A stretch of 32,235 nt of DNA from a bacterium. Its GTDB lineage: Bacteria; UBA9089; CG2-30-40-21; SBAY01. This document shows positions 7,066 to 17,117 of the stretch, in pieces (position 1 is the first letter of the stretch; the number at the start of each line of letters is the position of its first letter). The translations under genes were made by a program, and so were the position numbers. The stretch covers positions 1 to 32,235 of the forward strand of contig JBFLYA010000016.1 in the NCBI GenBank assembly GCA_040757115.1, in the 5' to 3' direction. A model generated the notes under the pieces. That model did no database searches. It was not told where the DNA came from and worked only from the letters and a program-made list of their open reading frames with translations.

Positions 7066-8132
7066 CTCATCTGCGTTGTCTTTCGATATGTTTGACCGGC
7101 ATGTTTAAAGTCATCGATATGATACTTGGTGAATTTAATACCGGTCAAATCAAAGAATTTTGGCCAGCCAATTCGATTAATCCATTCTCCAACTCGTTCG
7201 TATTTGAAGGCATTTTTGGCATAGACCTCAATGATATTTTTTACCGCCGAGACGACTTCAGGCCATCTTGGTGGATTATTTGGTAGAAAAGGTATGGCTA
7301 ATTTAGTGAACATTGGTGTAGTTCTTGCATTGGAAACCTTTCCGCCTACCCAGATAGAGACGCCATCATTTAATGGGTCAGCAATTGGCATCGCTGGACA
7401 AACAGTGTAGCAATTGCCGCAATACATACAATTATCTTCATCTATCTCTACCGATTTTTTACCATCAATGATAGTTGGTCTAATCGCCGCCAGAGGGCAG
7501 GAGGCAACAATTGATGGAATCTCACACAAATTGCCTAATTTTTCATGATTAATCTTGGGTGGTCTTCGGTGAACACCAAGAATGGCAATGTCTGAGCAAT
7601 GCACAGCACCACACATATTTAGACAACATGCTACCGCAATCCTTAATTTATGTGGTAATGCTATTTTGCCGGTAAAATAATCGGTCAATTCATCCATCAC
7701 GGATTTAACAATACCTGAGGCATCCGTAGCCGCAGAATGGCAATGAACCCAGCCTTGTGTATGAACGACATTGGAAATAGTATTTTTTGTTCCGCCTACA
7801 GGCAGATTCTGAATCTCCAAATCCTTGATTAAAGGCTCGATATTGCCTTCCTTTGCCAGTAAAAATTCAACATTGTTTCTGCTGGTAAATCTCAAATACC
7901 CATCGCAGTATTTATCCGCCAGGTCACATATCAGTCGGATAAAATCACTGCTCATCAATCTGGGTGAGCCAACCCGCACTGTATAAATTTTAGCCCCTGT
8001 TTCCGCAACATGGACTAAAACACCTGGTTTTAATACCTCATGGTATTTCCACTTACCATAGTTTTCCTTGATAATTGGGTGTAAAAACTTTTCATAATGT
8101 GGTGGACCTATATCTGTTTGTCTTTCTGCCAT
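7062..8132 (-). CDS. dsrB: dissimilatory sulfite reductase beta subunit
   Basis: [57 protein letters not shown]. Confidence 0.98.
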   Translation of the reverse strand: MAERQTDIGPPHYEKFLHPIIKENYGKWKYHEVLKPGVLVHVAETGAKIYTVRVGSPRLMSSDFIRLICDLADKYCDGYLRFTSRNNVEFLLAKEGNIEPLIKDLEIQNLPVGGTKNTISNVVHTQGWVHCHSAATDASGIVKSVMDELTDYFTGKIALPHKLRIAVACCLNMCGAVHCSDIAILGVHRRPPKINHEKLGNLCEIPSIVASCPLAAIRPTIIDGKKSVEIDEDNCMYCGNCYTVCPAMPIADPLNDGVSIWVGGKVSNARTTPMFTKLAIPFLPNNPPRWPEVVSAVKNIIEVYAKNAFKYERVGEWINRIGWPKFFDLTGIKFTKYHIDDFKHAGQTYRKTTQMR

Positions 8133-8156
8133 TTTTTAATTTACCTCCTTGTTTTT

Positions 8157-8451
8157 GCCACAGAGACTTTTTGTAAACATTCAGGTGGTGTAACAAAAGG
8201 AGATGTGGAGATTAAGGAGATAGGGAGATATTATTAAAAAATTGAAATTAGTAGAAACTAATAGAAATTATGGAAATTTGTTGTTTCCCACAATCAATTT
8301 CTACCTATTTCTATAAATTTCAATCTATTTCTATTATCTTATCTCCATATCACTCTTATCTCCTTATCCCCTTTCTTACACTTTTGATATATAGCCTGAA
8401 CGGTTACGACTTTTTATTATTTCTTTGTGAACTCTGTGCCTCTGTGGCTAA
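8157..8451. mobile_element. empty GCCACAGAG-arm cassette between dsrA and dsrB, interrupted by a MITE
   Basis: gccacagag ... ctctgtgcctctgtggctaa. Confidence 0.75.
8173..8407. mobile_element. 235-bp copy of the GTAA-MITE with 8-bp TSD
   Basis: Near-identical to 397-633. gacttttt at 8165-8172 and 8408-8415. Confidence 0.92.
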
Positions 8452-8455
8452 TATC

Positions 8456-9625
8456 TTACTCTTCCTCGTAATACTCCTCATAGAATATGTATGGATTCTC
8501 TCTGGGTTGGGAAACCATTTGTGGGACTGGCTCAAGCCCTATTTTTTCAAGGAAATTACCCAGTCCTATTCGTTGGATACATTCACCAATTCGTTCTCTT
8601 GCTTTGCCATATTCATCCCAGAAATCCCAGATTCTTCGGATAAGACTTTTAAGTTCCTCATAAGGTGGTTCCATTTTCATAAAGGGCACCAGCACTGATG
8701 ATAATTGTGCTCCTTCAACAATTGGTGCTTTTGCACCCAGAAGGATACAAGCACCCTTTTCTTTTCCTATGCGAAGTGCTTTTGGCAGGACATTAATACA
8801 ATGCATACACTTACTGCAGGATTCATTATCAATCTTTAGTTCCTTTCCATCCCATTGGATACATCTTTTGGGGCATTTATCGCAGACATCAGATTGAATA
8901 TTTGAGTATTCTTTAACGGCATCCTGGTCAATCTGGATGTTATCCTGCCATATTCCAATAACCGAGAAATCAGATCTGGCAATAGATGCGACGCAATCAT
9001 TGGGACAGCCAGCCATCTTGAATTTCCATTTGTAAGGGAAAAATGGGCGGTGGAGTTCATCCTGATAGGTCATAGTTAAATCGTAAGTCAGTGCCAGTGT
9101 ATCGTAGCAAGCAAATTCACATCTTGCCGGTCCAACACAACAACTTGGCGTTCTTACATCAGACCCTGAACCACCTAAATCCCAATTATTTGAAGATAAA
9201 TCAGTAAAAAATGGTTCAAGGGCATTGGTATCCGCACCTAAAAATATTATATCCCCGGTTGAGCCATGCATATTAAGGATTCCCGAACCATATTTATCCC
9301 AGGTATCCACTAATTGTCGCAAAGCCGCAGTTGTGTAAAACCAACCTGAAGGTTGATTGACACGCACAGTATGAAAATGTGCCGCCTCAGGGAATTCCTC
9401 CGGGACATCTGAAAATCTACCAATCACACCACCACCATACCCTTTAACTCCAACAATACCACCGTGCTTCCAATGAGTTTTCTTATCTTTGTAAGATAAC
9501 TCAAGTTGACCTAAAAGGTCTTTTGCTTTGGGGCTTCTCTGGCTAAGTTTCTTCAGGTCTTTAACAAAACTTGGCCATTTACCCTTCTCTAATTCATCTA
9601 AAAGCGGCGTTTTTAAATCAGACAT
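8456..9625 (-). CDS. dsrA: dissimilatory sulfite reductase alpha subunit
   Basis: [60 protein letters not shown]. Start MSDL is set by AGGAGG spacing. Confidence 0.98.
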   Translation of the reverse strand: MSDLKTPLLDELEKGKWPSFVKDLKKLSQRSPKAKDLLGQLELSYKDKKTHWKHGGIVGVKGYGGGVIGRFSDVPEEFPEAAHFHTVRVNQPSGWFYTTAALRQLVDTWDKYGSGILNMHGSTGDIIFLGADTNALEPFFTDLSSNNWDLGGSGSDVRTPSCCVGPARCEFACYDTLALTYDLTMTYQDELHRPFFPYKWKFKMAGCPNDCVASIARSDFSVIGIWQDNIQIDQDAVKEYSNIQSDVCDKCPKRCIQWDGKELKIDNESCSKCMHCINVLPKALRIGKEKGACILLGAKAPIVEGAQLSSVLVPFMKMEPPYEELKSLIRRIWDFWDEYGKARERIGECIQRIGLGNFLEKIGLEPVPQMVSQPRENPYIFYEEYYEEE

Positions 9626-9882
9626 TTTTTTCATCCTCCTTTTTTTTGCAGTAATGTTAAAAATTAACCACACAGAACCCAGCGCAGCATAGCCACAACC
9701 AAAAAAGGCACAACCTCACGGTTATAAAGAGGTCTATCGCTTTAACCACACCAAGGTATGTATTCCTCGTAAGTGTTCAGATAATAGGGTGTTTTGGTGA
9801 TCTGGTGTTTGGTGTCTTCAGGCACATAGATACTCAGCCCGCCTCATTGGTTACAAAACTTTCCTAAAAAACAAGATCTGGC

Positions 9883-9924
9883 GGTGGTGTCTGAAAATTC
9901 TTTCATGTTTTATTTAACACCACC
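9883..9924. repeat. 42-bp mini element with GGTGGTGT / ACACCACC ends
   Basis: ggtggtgtctgaaaat also begins 27485-27672. Inverted ends. Confidence 0.6.
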
Positions 9925-9942
9925 TCACATCTCAAATTCCAG

Positions 9943-12900
9943 TTATCTAATCACCACCACCCTTCCTGTTACCTTCTCATTCCTATCATTGGTGATAAGA
10001 TAGATATATACCCCACTGGCACATGAATTACCGGCTTGATTATTTCCATCCCAGTGAGCTTCATTGGTATCACCCGTTTTCTCATCTACTAATTCACCAG
10101 CTAAATTAAATATCTTCAAGTTCCAGTAAGATGTTAGATTTTTAAAGGTAATATATTTGCCTGAATGAACAGTAGTTGGTTTAAATGGATTTGGATATAC
10201 CTGGACATTAGATAAATTAGGTGCTACCAGATTACCAATAGCATAAATAGAAAAATGAGTGATATAAGCGGTTATACGATTATTGAAGGTATCTACTTCC
10301 TGATTAGAAGCGGCTAATTCCCAACCAGAACCTGTATAGTAAAATATCCGTAACCGACTTTCATCTAATCCTTTTACTTGCTCATCTGTGTAGCTTAAGG
10401 TAATACTTCCTTTTATCTCTAATTTAGTCTTTGGAGCTGTTACCACATTAATTTCAATAACTACTGGACTTACATCTTGTGGTATATTAGGTGGCACAGA
10501 TGGAGGAGTAGTAACTTTTGTTATTTCTACATACGCATCCTGGTTAGGTGAACCCTTCTCAATGACTACAACTGCCTTCTCATCTTCTGATTTAATCAGA
10601 ATATCCTCATTAGATTCTTTAGGAACATTAATTGCCTTGACTTCAAAGAGACTACTTGTCCCCACTTTACCAGAACTTCTAACACAGATAAATACCTGTG
10701 TTCCTGTGCCAGAAATAGCTACTGTTCCCTGCCATGTCCCACTACCAAAGGTAATTACTTTTGGAGTAATCGTCCCTGATATATTATGTAGAGATAAGGT
10801 ACCTGTATTGTTATAATCATCCACTATCTTATTCCCTATATCCAGAGCTTTTATCGTAACATTAAACGGTATCCCATCTACTTTAGGTGAGTCAATCTTA
10901 TCAAATTCAAAATGGTCTAATGGAGAAATAGCTTTAGCATTAACTTTAACTTCATTGACATCAAACAGGATAGCCTGGCTATTTATATCTATCATCTTCG
11001 TCATTCGATATTTAGCCGGGTTAAAATCAAACTTAATCTCCGTTATTCCTGAATCCTTTACTTTAAATTCAATCTCAGCTAATATACCACTCTCATATAC
11101 CTTGCCTTCTAATAATCCACCGGCATAATCTACCGTGTCAACTCCAAATTGAGACTTAATCACCGGAAGACCTATATTACCGGTAGTCAGATTAATTACT
11201 TCTAAAAGATTAGGGTCAAAGGACAATTGTGCCTGGCAGGCAGCTAAATCCTCTACATTCTCAATCATTATCCTGACACTAAATGTAGCACCTACAAATG
11301 TATCAATTGCAGATGGACTAAATGTAAGTTTAGTTTTAGCAAGTTTTACAGGTAGTTTAACTGGTGGAGCAGGCGCTGGCGGTGCAGGAGCAGGTGATGG
11401 TTGTGTCTTAAAGAAACTATTTCGTAAAATCATAGCATCATCTATATTTATCCGCTCATCGCCATTATAATCAGATTCCTCGTTCCATCTTCCATCTCCT
11501 ATGACCGAGAGATAGGCATTTCGTAAGACCATAAAATCCTCAATATCTACTACCCCATCATTATTTGAATCACCATTTAAAAGGGTAAGAGTAGCCACGA
11601 TAGTCTTTGTTCCCGGATAAACTACTATCCCGGTAATTGTACCAAGAGCTACACCTAAGGTATCAGCCTGTAATGTATAAGTTCCCGGGATAACCTCTAA
11701 AAAGGTATAATAACCACCTATCCCGGTACTGGTTGTTCCTACGCCTACGAGGGTAATTGAAATGCCTGCATTAGTGCCTGTATCCTTTGGTGGATCAATT
11801 ATTACATATCCTTCCATACTACCATATTCGAAAATAGTTACAGTCCCTCCATAAGTAGTAACTGGAATAGGTTGATTATCACTATCTTTAAGCACTGTCC
11901 AACGGTTATCAGGTTTATCAAAGACAAAGTAGATAGTAGCAGTCCCTGGTGCTTTAGCCTTAAATCTAATCTTTGCTAATATCCCTGAGCCATCTGCGGT
12001 ATTAGTGGCAGGAACTAAAATCAGGCTATAGGCAATCTGTCCGCTCGTATTAGTAGCCGCAGCATAAAGTAATGATGCCTCTGGAGGAAAAGGTCCTTGA
12101 GTAATTTGTATGCCCTCTTCTACAGGATTATCATCTAATACCTCTAAACGATTATGGTCAAAGTCAAGAAAGACATCCAGTCCTGCCAAATTCACCACAT
12201 CCTTCAACCAGATATCTATACCAAACTCATCCCCTTTAGTCACGATTTTACTCCCCGGCTTAATCTCTAATCGTGTACTACATAGGACATTAAAGAAGGC
12301 ATTAGCAGATACCAGAGTCTTTAACCCAGTAGCAGTAACAGTCTTCGTCCCTCGTACCATTAAGGGAAAAGTAAAGGTGGTAGAAAAAGTCCCTGCATCA
12401 CTGGCAATAGAAGTAGCAATAGACCGAATAGTACCAAAATGTATGACTATATCCTCAGTTCTACCATAACCATTACCAGATAAAGTGATGATAGTGCCTA
12501 CGGTCCCAGAGATTGGAGTAAGGATATAAATTCTTCCTCCTGTGATAAAGAAAAAGCCATTAGCTTTTTTACCAGTTAGAAGCTCAGTGGCAATAATAGA
12601 GGTAGTACCATAAGGCTGGGTATCAGTAGTAAATATAGCAGTAAATTTGCCTGATAAATCAGTTGTAACAGAGGTAATAGTAAGAGTTGTACCAAAATTT
12701 ATTTGAACACCCTCGGTTGGAATATATCCCCTCCCTTTTATTATCACAAGAGTACCAATAGTACCAGCAGTAGGAGAGATTTCAGTTATAGTTGGACTGG
12801 TATATGTCCCTTTTAACCAAGGATCATAATCAATATTACCAGAAAAGGTTGATGTAGCAGGTGGATCAGAACCCCACCAGTTATATTCAGCTGTCTGAGT

Positions 12901-14577
12901 ACCATCTGTTTGTAGATTGTATGGTTGGTTATTATAGATGTTATTATAAATAAGTTCAGAAATTACTGAGGATTTACAGTAAATTCCGACGCCATTACCA
13001 TTTGGATTACCAGTACCACCTGTATTATCTTTGAAAGTATTATCATTAATAATGGTATTATTATCTGAGGAAATTAAGTAGACTCCACAACCTACACCAC
13101 CGCTACCCATAGAACTGCCTCCTGGTCCTCCCTCACCACCTCTGTTATCTAATATGATATTTCTTACTATGATGGTTGAGGTAGAAAAAGATAGTAATAT
13201 CCCTCCTCCAATATTACCTGGACCTCCCTGACTATAATCACTTTTTCCTCCTTGACCACCTCTATTGTTTGATATGGTATTATATATGATAGTATTTTCT
13301 ATTGAAGATAAAAAATATATCCCATATCCTATACCACCTGCACCACCAGAAGAAGGCATACCTTTAACACTACTTGTACCGCCTTGTCCCCCTTTGTTAT
13401 ATGAGATGGTATTAAATGAGATAGTATTTCTTGTTGAAGATCCAAGATATATCCCCCCTCCTACACCACCTACACCAGCATCACCGATAGCGTCAGGTAC
13501 TACTTCTCCCCCTTGTCCTCCTTTGTTATGTGATATGTTATTATATAAGATAGTATTTTCCATAGAAGTCATGAGATATACACCTATTCCATCGCCACCT
13601 GCACTCATTCCCTTCCCTGCAAGGTTAAGTCCCCTACCACCATCTCCTCCTCCTATTCTTAGAAATGAATTATTTTTTACATTATTATGATTTGCATCAT
13701 ATAAATATAACCCTACTCCAATTCCTCCATTACCCCAATTATCTCCTCCTAATCCTCCTGTAATATTCATAATATTATTTTCATATAGTTCATTATTATT
13801 AGATGAACTAATAAAGATTCCAATTCCCTCACCTGTAGTTATGTTCCAGAAACCTCCCTGTCCACCTTGAATATCATAGATATTATTACTACTAATTTTG
13901 TTCTTTTCAGATGAATTTAGCAATATTCCTATTCCTTTACCTCCATTTCCTCCAATGGTAAATGGATATGCTCCATCACCACCTTTACCACCTATTATAT
14001 TCATTATAGTATTGTTCTCTATAACATTAGAGTCTGCTGAAAATAGAGAAATTGCACTTGCTATTCCTCCATCGTTACCTACTCCAATTCCATCATCTCC
14101 TTTATGATTGGCAATTACATTATTATTAATTATAACATTAATCACATTTTCTAAATATATAGCTTGTTGACCATATTTGATTACACAATACTTAATTATA
14201 CTTCCATTACCTCCATTACCACTAACCTTAATTCCATTCCAATCTCCTGCCTGAGCAATAGTAGAAGTTCCTTGACCATTGGTTTCATCTTTAAAGGAGG
14301 TAAAAACAATCTTATTTGTTTCCTCGCCAGTAGCATTTAGAAAACCATAAGAAATCAAAGAAGTACCTGTAGCAAACTTTACTACTACCCCTGGCTCAAT
14401 TGTTAAAGTATTACCAAGTTCTACAATAACAGTTCCCGTGACAATATATGGACTATTCGTAGCCAACCAGGTGCCACTTTGAGTTCCAGTTACAGTAATA
14501 GTTGCTAAACTAATTCTTACCTCACTCATTAACCCCATAATCATTAAAATCCCAAACAAAAAAATTCTCTTAAGCAT
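9943..14577 (-). CDS. large secreted protein: Gly-rich parallel beta-helix repeats, IPT/TIG-like domains, cohesin-dockerin-cohesin, C-terminal T9SS/FlgD-like sorting domain
   Basis: Signal peptide; repeated NTI..N.I..N.GG.GG; LDFD..LEV and LSFDP.LLEV cohesin-like segments; GDSNNDGVVDIED / DYNGDERINIDD dockerin; VYPNPF...KIFNLAGELV...WDG...ASGVYIY C-terminus. Confidence 0.85.
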   Translation of the reverse strand: MLKRIFLFGILMIMGLMSEVRISLATITVTGTQSGTWLATNSPYIVTGTVIVELGNTLTIEPGVVVKFATGTSLISYGFLNATGEETNKIVFTSFKDETNGQGTSTIAQAGDWNGIKVSGNGGNGSIIKYCVIKYGQQAIYLENVINVIINNNVIANHKGDDGIGVGNDGGIASAISLFSADSNVIENNTIMNIIGGKGGDGAYPFTIGGNGGKGIGILLNSSEKNKISSNNIYDIQGGQGGFWNITTGEGIGIFISSSNNNELYENNIMNITGGLGGDNWGNGGIGVGLYLYDANHNNVKNNSFLRIGGGDGGRGLNLAGKGMSAGGDGIGVYLMTSMENTILYNNISHNKGGQGGEVVPDAIGDAGVGGVGGGIYLGSSTRNTISFNTISYNKGGQGGTSSVKGMPSSGGAGGIGYGIYFLSSIENTIIYNTISNNRGGQGGKSDYSQGGPGNIGGGILLSFSTSTIIVRNIILDNRGGEGGPGGSSMGSGGVGCGVYLISSDNNTIINDNTFKDNTGGTGNPNGNGVGIYCKSSVISELIYNNIYNNQPYNLQTDGTQTAEYNWWGSDPPATSTFSGNIDYDPWLKGTYTSPTITEISPTAGTIGTLVIIKGRGYIPTEGVQINFGTTLTITSVTTDLSGKFTAIFTTDTQPYGTTSIIATELLTGKKANGFFFITGGRIYILTPISGTVGTIITLSGNGYGRTEDIVIHFGTIRSIATSIASDAGTFSTTFTFPLMVRGTKTVTATGLKTLVSANAFFNVLCSTRLEIKPGSKIVTKGDEFGIDIWLKDVVNLAGLDVFLDFDHNRLEVLDDNPVEEGIQITQGPFPPEASLLYAAATNTSGQIAYSLILVPATNTADGSGILAKIRFKAKAPGTATIYFVFDKPDNRWTVLKDSDNQPIPVTTYGGTVTIFEYGSMEGYVIIDPPKDTGTNAGISITLVGVGTTSTGIGGYYTFLEVIPGTYTLQADTLGVALGTITGIVVYPGTKTIVATLTLLNGDSNNDGVVDIEDFMVLRNAYLSVIGDGRWNEESDYNGDERINIDDAMILRNSFFKTQPSPAPAPPAPAPPVKLPVKLAKTKLTFSPSAIDTFVGATFSVRIMIENVEDLAACQAQLSFDPNLLEVINLTTGNIGLPVIKSQFGVDTVDYAGGLLEGKVYESGILAEIEFKVKDSGITEIKFDFNPAKYRMTKMIDINSQAILFDVNEVKVNAKAISPLDHFEFDKIDSPKVDGIPFNVTIKALDIGNKIVDDYNNTGTLSLHNISGTITPKVITFGSGTWQGTVAISGTGTQVFICVRSSGKVGTSSLFEVKAINVPKESNEDILIKSEDEKAVVVIEKGSPNQDAYVEITKVTTPPSVPPNIPQDVSPVVIEINVVTAPKTKLEIKGSITLSYTDEQVKGLDESRLRIFYYTGSGWELAASNQEVDTFNNRITAYITHFSIYAIGNLVAPNLSNVQVYPNPFKPTTVHSGKYITFKNLTSYWNLKIFNLAGELVDEKTGDTNEAHWDGNNQAGNSCASGVYIYLITNDRNEKVTGRVVVIR

Positions 14578-14739
14578 TTTTTATCATCCCCCTTTTAACT
14601 TATTTAAACTTTCTGCAAAAACTCTTTATTTCATCCTAAGTTCTTTGACTATCTTTAGTTAATTATTTTATACAACTCTTGATAAACCCCAATTATTTTC
14701 TTCATCCAAACAAATTTTTAACTCATGATATAAAAGGAA

Positions 14740-16878
14740 TTAATTTTGCATTGTTATTTTATCTAACATCTGTTTAACCTCGATATTATTAGGTTCTAAT
14801 TCAATTGCCTTTTTAAATTCTTGAATAGCTTGTTGCTGTTTTCCTGTCCTGTGATAAAGTACACCAAGATTATAATGGGCATTAATACATTTAGGATTTA
14901 ATTTAAGTGCCTTTTGACAATGAATAATAGCTTTCTTATATTCCCCTCTATTTCCATAAATACCTCCTTGGGCACAATAAAGCTCTGCATAATTATTAAA
15001 TATTGCTTTTTCAATTTCTCCTAACGGTTTTCTCCCATTAATCATACCATTATAGATATTCCTATTAATTAAATGATAACTAATAATTTCTTTCCATACC
15101 TCATCCATATTTACACTTTCTTTTAACACCTTATAAAGAATTATTCCAGGTATTAATGAATAATTATTATTAAAAATTTCTAAACTATATGTATAAATAT
15201 GATAATTAGTTATATGATTATCTATGAAATTATTGAATCGTTTTGATGTATCCTTTTCTTGATAAAAATTAAGATTTAAATCGGGATATTTTCTCTTTAG
15301 GAAATCAATATAGTAATCATCACTCATTCCAACATAAATAATAGGTTTTATATCAGGATATTGATTTTCAACATCCTGAATGTAAGCAAGAGGGAAAACT
15401 ACTTTATCAGATCCCCTTTTTAATACCATAATTGCTTTTTCTTTCAATGGTCTCAAAAGATTTGTTATATAATCATAAGTAAGATAATAGTTATTATAAT
15501 TATTAGAATAATAATGAGTAGAAAAAAGAATAATTGGAATAATTAAAAAAGTAAATATAATAGATTTTATGTTCTTCTTCACTAACAATTTTGCTATTTC
15601 TCTAATTCCATATCCACTTAGAATACAAAAAATTAAAAAAGATATGATATAATAATCTCCAATATTTGGAATACGATATTGCGTTCCATAGGATATATTA
15701 GTAATAATTATCAAAGAAAATAAAATAAAAAGTAATTTTCTCCTGAAAAACATAAATAAACCTATTAATCCACTTAAAGTAAGATAAGGAGTAAACTGAT
15801 GCGGAAGAATAGAGATAATATACTTTATTATTTCTTTTATAAAATTTTCTATAGAAAATGGAGTAAGATATCGTAGTTTATACTCTCCTCCACTTATATG
15901 ACTTATAAATCTCTCTACGGTATCTGGTTTACCATAGCAATAAGTAGAATTATCAATTGCTCGAATAGGCAGATATAGGTATAAGAATAATGGCAAAATG
16001 AATAAACAAAGCAACTTGAGAAGTAGTGAGTAGTCAGTAGACAGTAAACAGTAGTAAGGTTTTCGAGTTGGATTTTCTTGCCTCCATTTCTTCCAGTACA
16101 CGGCTATGATAAAGAATATACTCGCTGGAACTAAATAAATTGTTTGCATGTGGTGGGTAAAGGATAAGCCAAGGGTGAAAGCGAAGAGGTAAAGATAGTT
16201 TTGAGTTTTGAGTTTTGAGTTTTGAGTTTTTCCCTCTGTTCTCCATGCTCCACGCTCCGTAGTTACTACTTCTGCCCACTTTAGGAGGATGAAGATTAAG
16301 AGCGTGGCAAACAGAGCATTTAAGGTGTACTTCTCTGCAATTACTGCTTGTTCCCAGAAGGTAATAGCAAAGGCAAGCATTAGTGCTCCAACTATCGCCG
16401 GAATGAGGGATGAGAGATGAGAGATGAATTTATTTTCCTCACTTCTTACTTCCCACTTCCCATTTCCTATTTTTAAGATGATAAAGTAGACCATCACACA
16501 CGCCAAAGAGGCACATAGAGCAGAAGCTAAATTCATCCGATAAGCAATGTTTCCAATCGGTAGAATAGTCATCCACAGTTTCCCCAGCAAACAATACAGC
16601 GGATAACCTGTTGGATGTGGAATACCAAGCACATAAGCCGCTGTTATCATATCCCCTGAATCATGAAATCCAATCGTAGGTGTTAAGGTATGCAGATACA
16701 CTGTCCAGCAGATAAAAAATACCAATATCCCACCTGCATAATCTATCGGACTAAATGCTCTGGGAACAATTGGCTCATCCTTTAGCCTAAGAAACTTTGG
16801 AATTTTAAAGGAAACTCTTCTCTCCTTCTTTTTTTGCCCTTTGGTCTCTTTCTTCTGTCCTGTAAGTTTCTTTCCCAT
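14740..16878 (-). CDS. DUF2723 (TMEM260-like) membrane glycosyltransferase with C-terminal TPRs
   Basis: DSGDMITAAYVLGIPHPTGYPLY, FWEQAVIAEKYTLN, LSFTHH, YLYLPIRA. TPR motifs at the C-terminus. Confidence 0.88.
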   Translation of the reverse strand: MGKKLTGQKKETKGQKKKERRVSFKIPKFLRLKDEPIVPRAFSPIDYAGGILVFFICWTVYLHTLTPTIGFHDSGDMITAAYVLGIPHPTGYPLYCLLGKLWMTILPIGNIAYRMNLASALCASLACVMVYFIILKIGNGKWEVRSEENKFISHLSSLIPAIVGALMLAFAITFWEQAVIAEKYTLNALFATLLIFILLKWAEVVTTERGAWRTEGKTQNSKLKTQNYLYLFAFTLGLSFTHHMQTIYLVPASIFFIIAVYWKKWRQENPTRKPYYCLLSTDYSLLLKLLCLFILPLFLYLYLPIRAIDNSTYCYGKPDTVERFISHISGGEYKLRYLTPFSIENFIKEIIKYIISILPHQFTPYLTLSGLIGLFMFFRRKLLFILFSLIIITNISYGTQYRIPNIGDYYIISFLIFCILSGYGIREIAKLLVKKNIKSIIFTFLIIPIILFSTHYYSNNYNNYYLTYDYITNLLRPLKEKAIMVLKRGSDKVVFPLAYIQDVENQYPDIKPIIYVGMSDDYYIDFLKRKYPDLNLNFYQEKDTSKRFNNFIDNHITNYHIYTYSLEIFNNNYSLIPGIILYKVLKESVNMDEVWKEIISYHLINRNIYNGMINGRKPLGEIEKAIFNNYAELYCAQGGIYGNRGEYKKAIIHCQKALKLNPKCINAHYNLGVLYHRTGKQQQAIQEFKKAIELEPNNIEVKQMLDKITMQN

Positions 16879-16900
16879 TTTTTCACCTCATTACTCATCA

Positions 16901-16929
16901 ATTATACTTTGCTTTTTCATCTCTGTCAA
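16901..16929 (-). promoter_or_regulatory. consensus sigma70 promoter
   Basis: Minus strand TTGACA-17 nt-TATAAT just upstream of 16878. Confidence 0.85.
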
Positions 16930-16989
16930 GACAAAAACCATCTTAAATTGTCAAAGAGCAAAGTTGTAAAGAGGTCTGCATCAAAATTT

Positions 16990-17073
16990 GTAACTGTTCA
17001 CCGCAGAGACACAGAGACGCACAGATATTATTATTCTCCTGGTTTTCTCTGTGTATTTCTGCGTCTCTGCGGT
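16990..17073. mobile_element. one GTAA end plus an empty ACCGCAGAG-arm cassette
   Basis: gtaactgttcaccgcagagacacagagacgca ... tctgcgtctctgcggt. Confidence 0.75.
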
Positions 17074-17117
17074 TCACTTTCTTATCCCTAATAGTTCCAA
17101 AAACAATTACTCATCCT

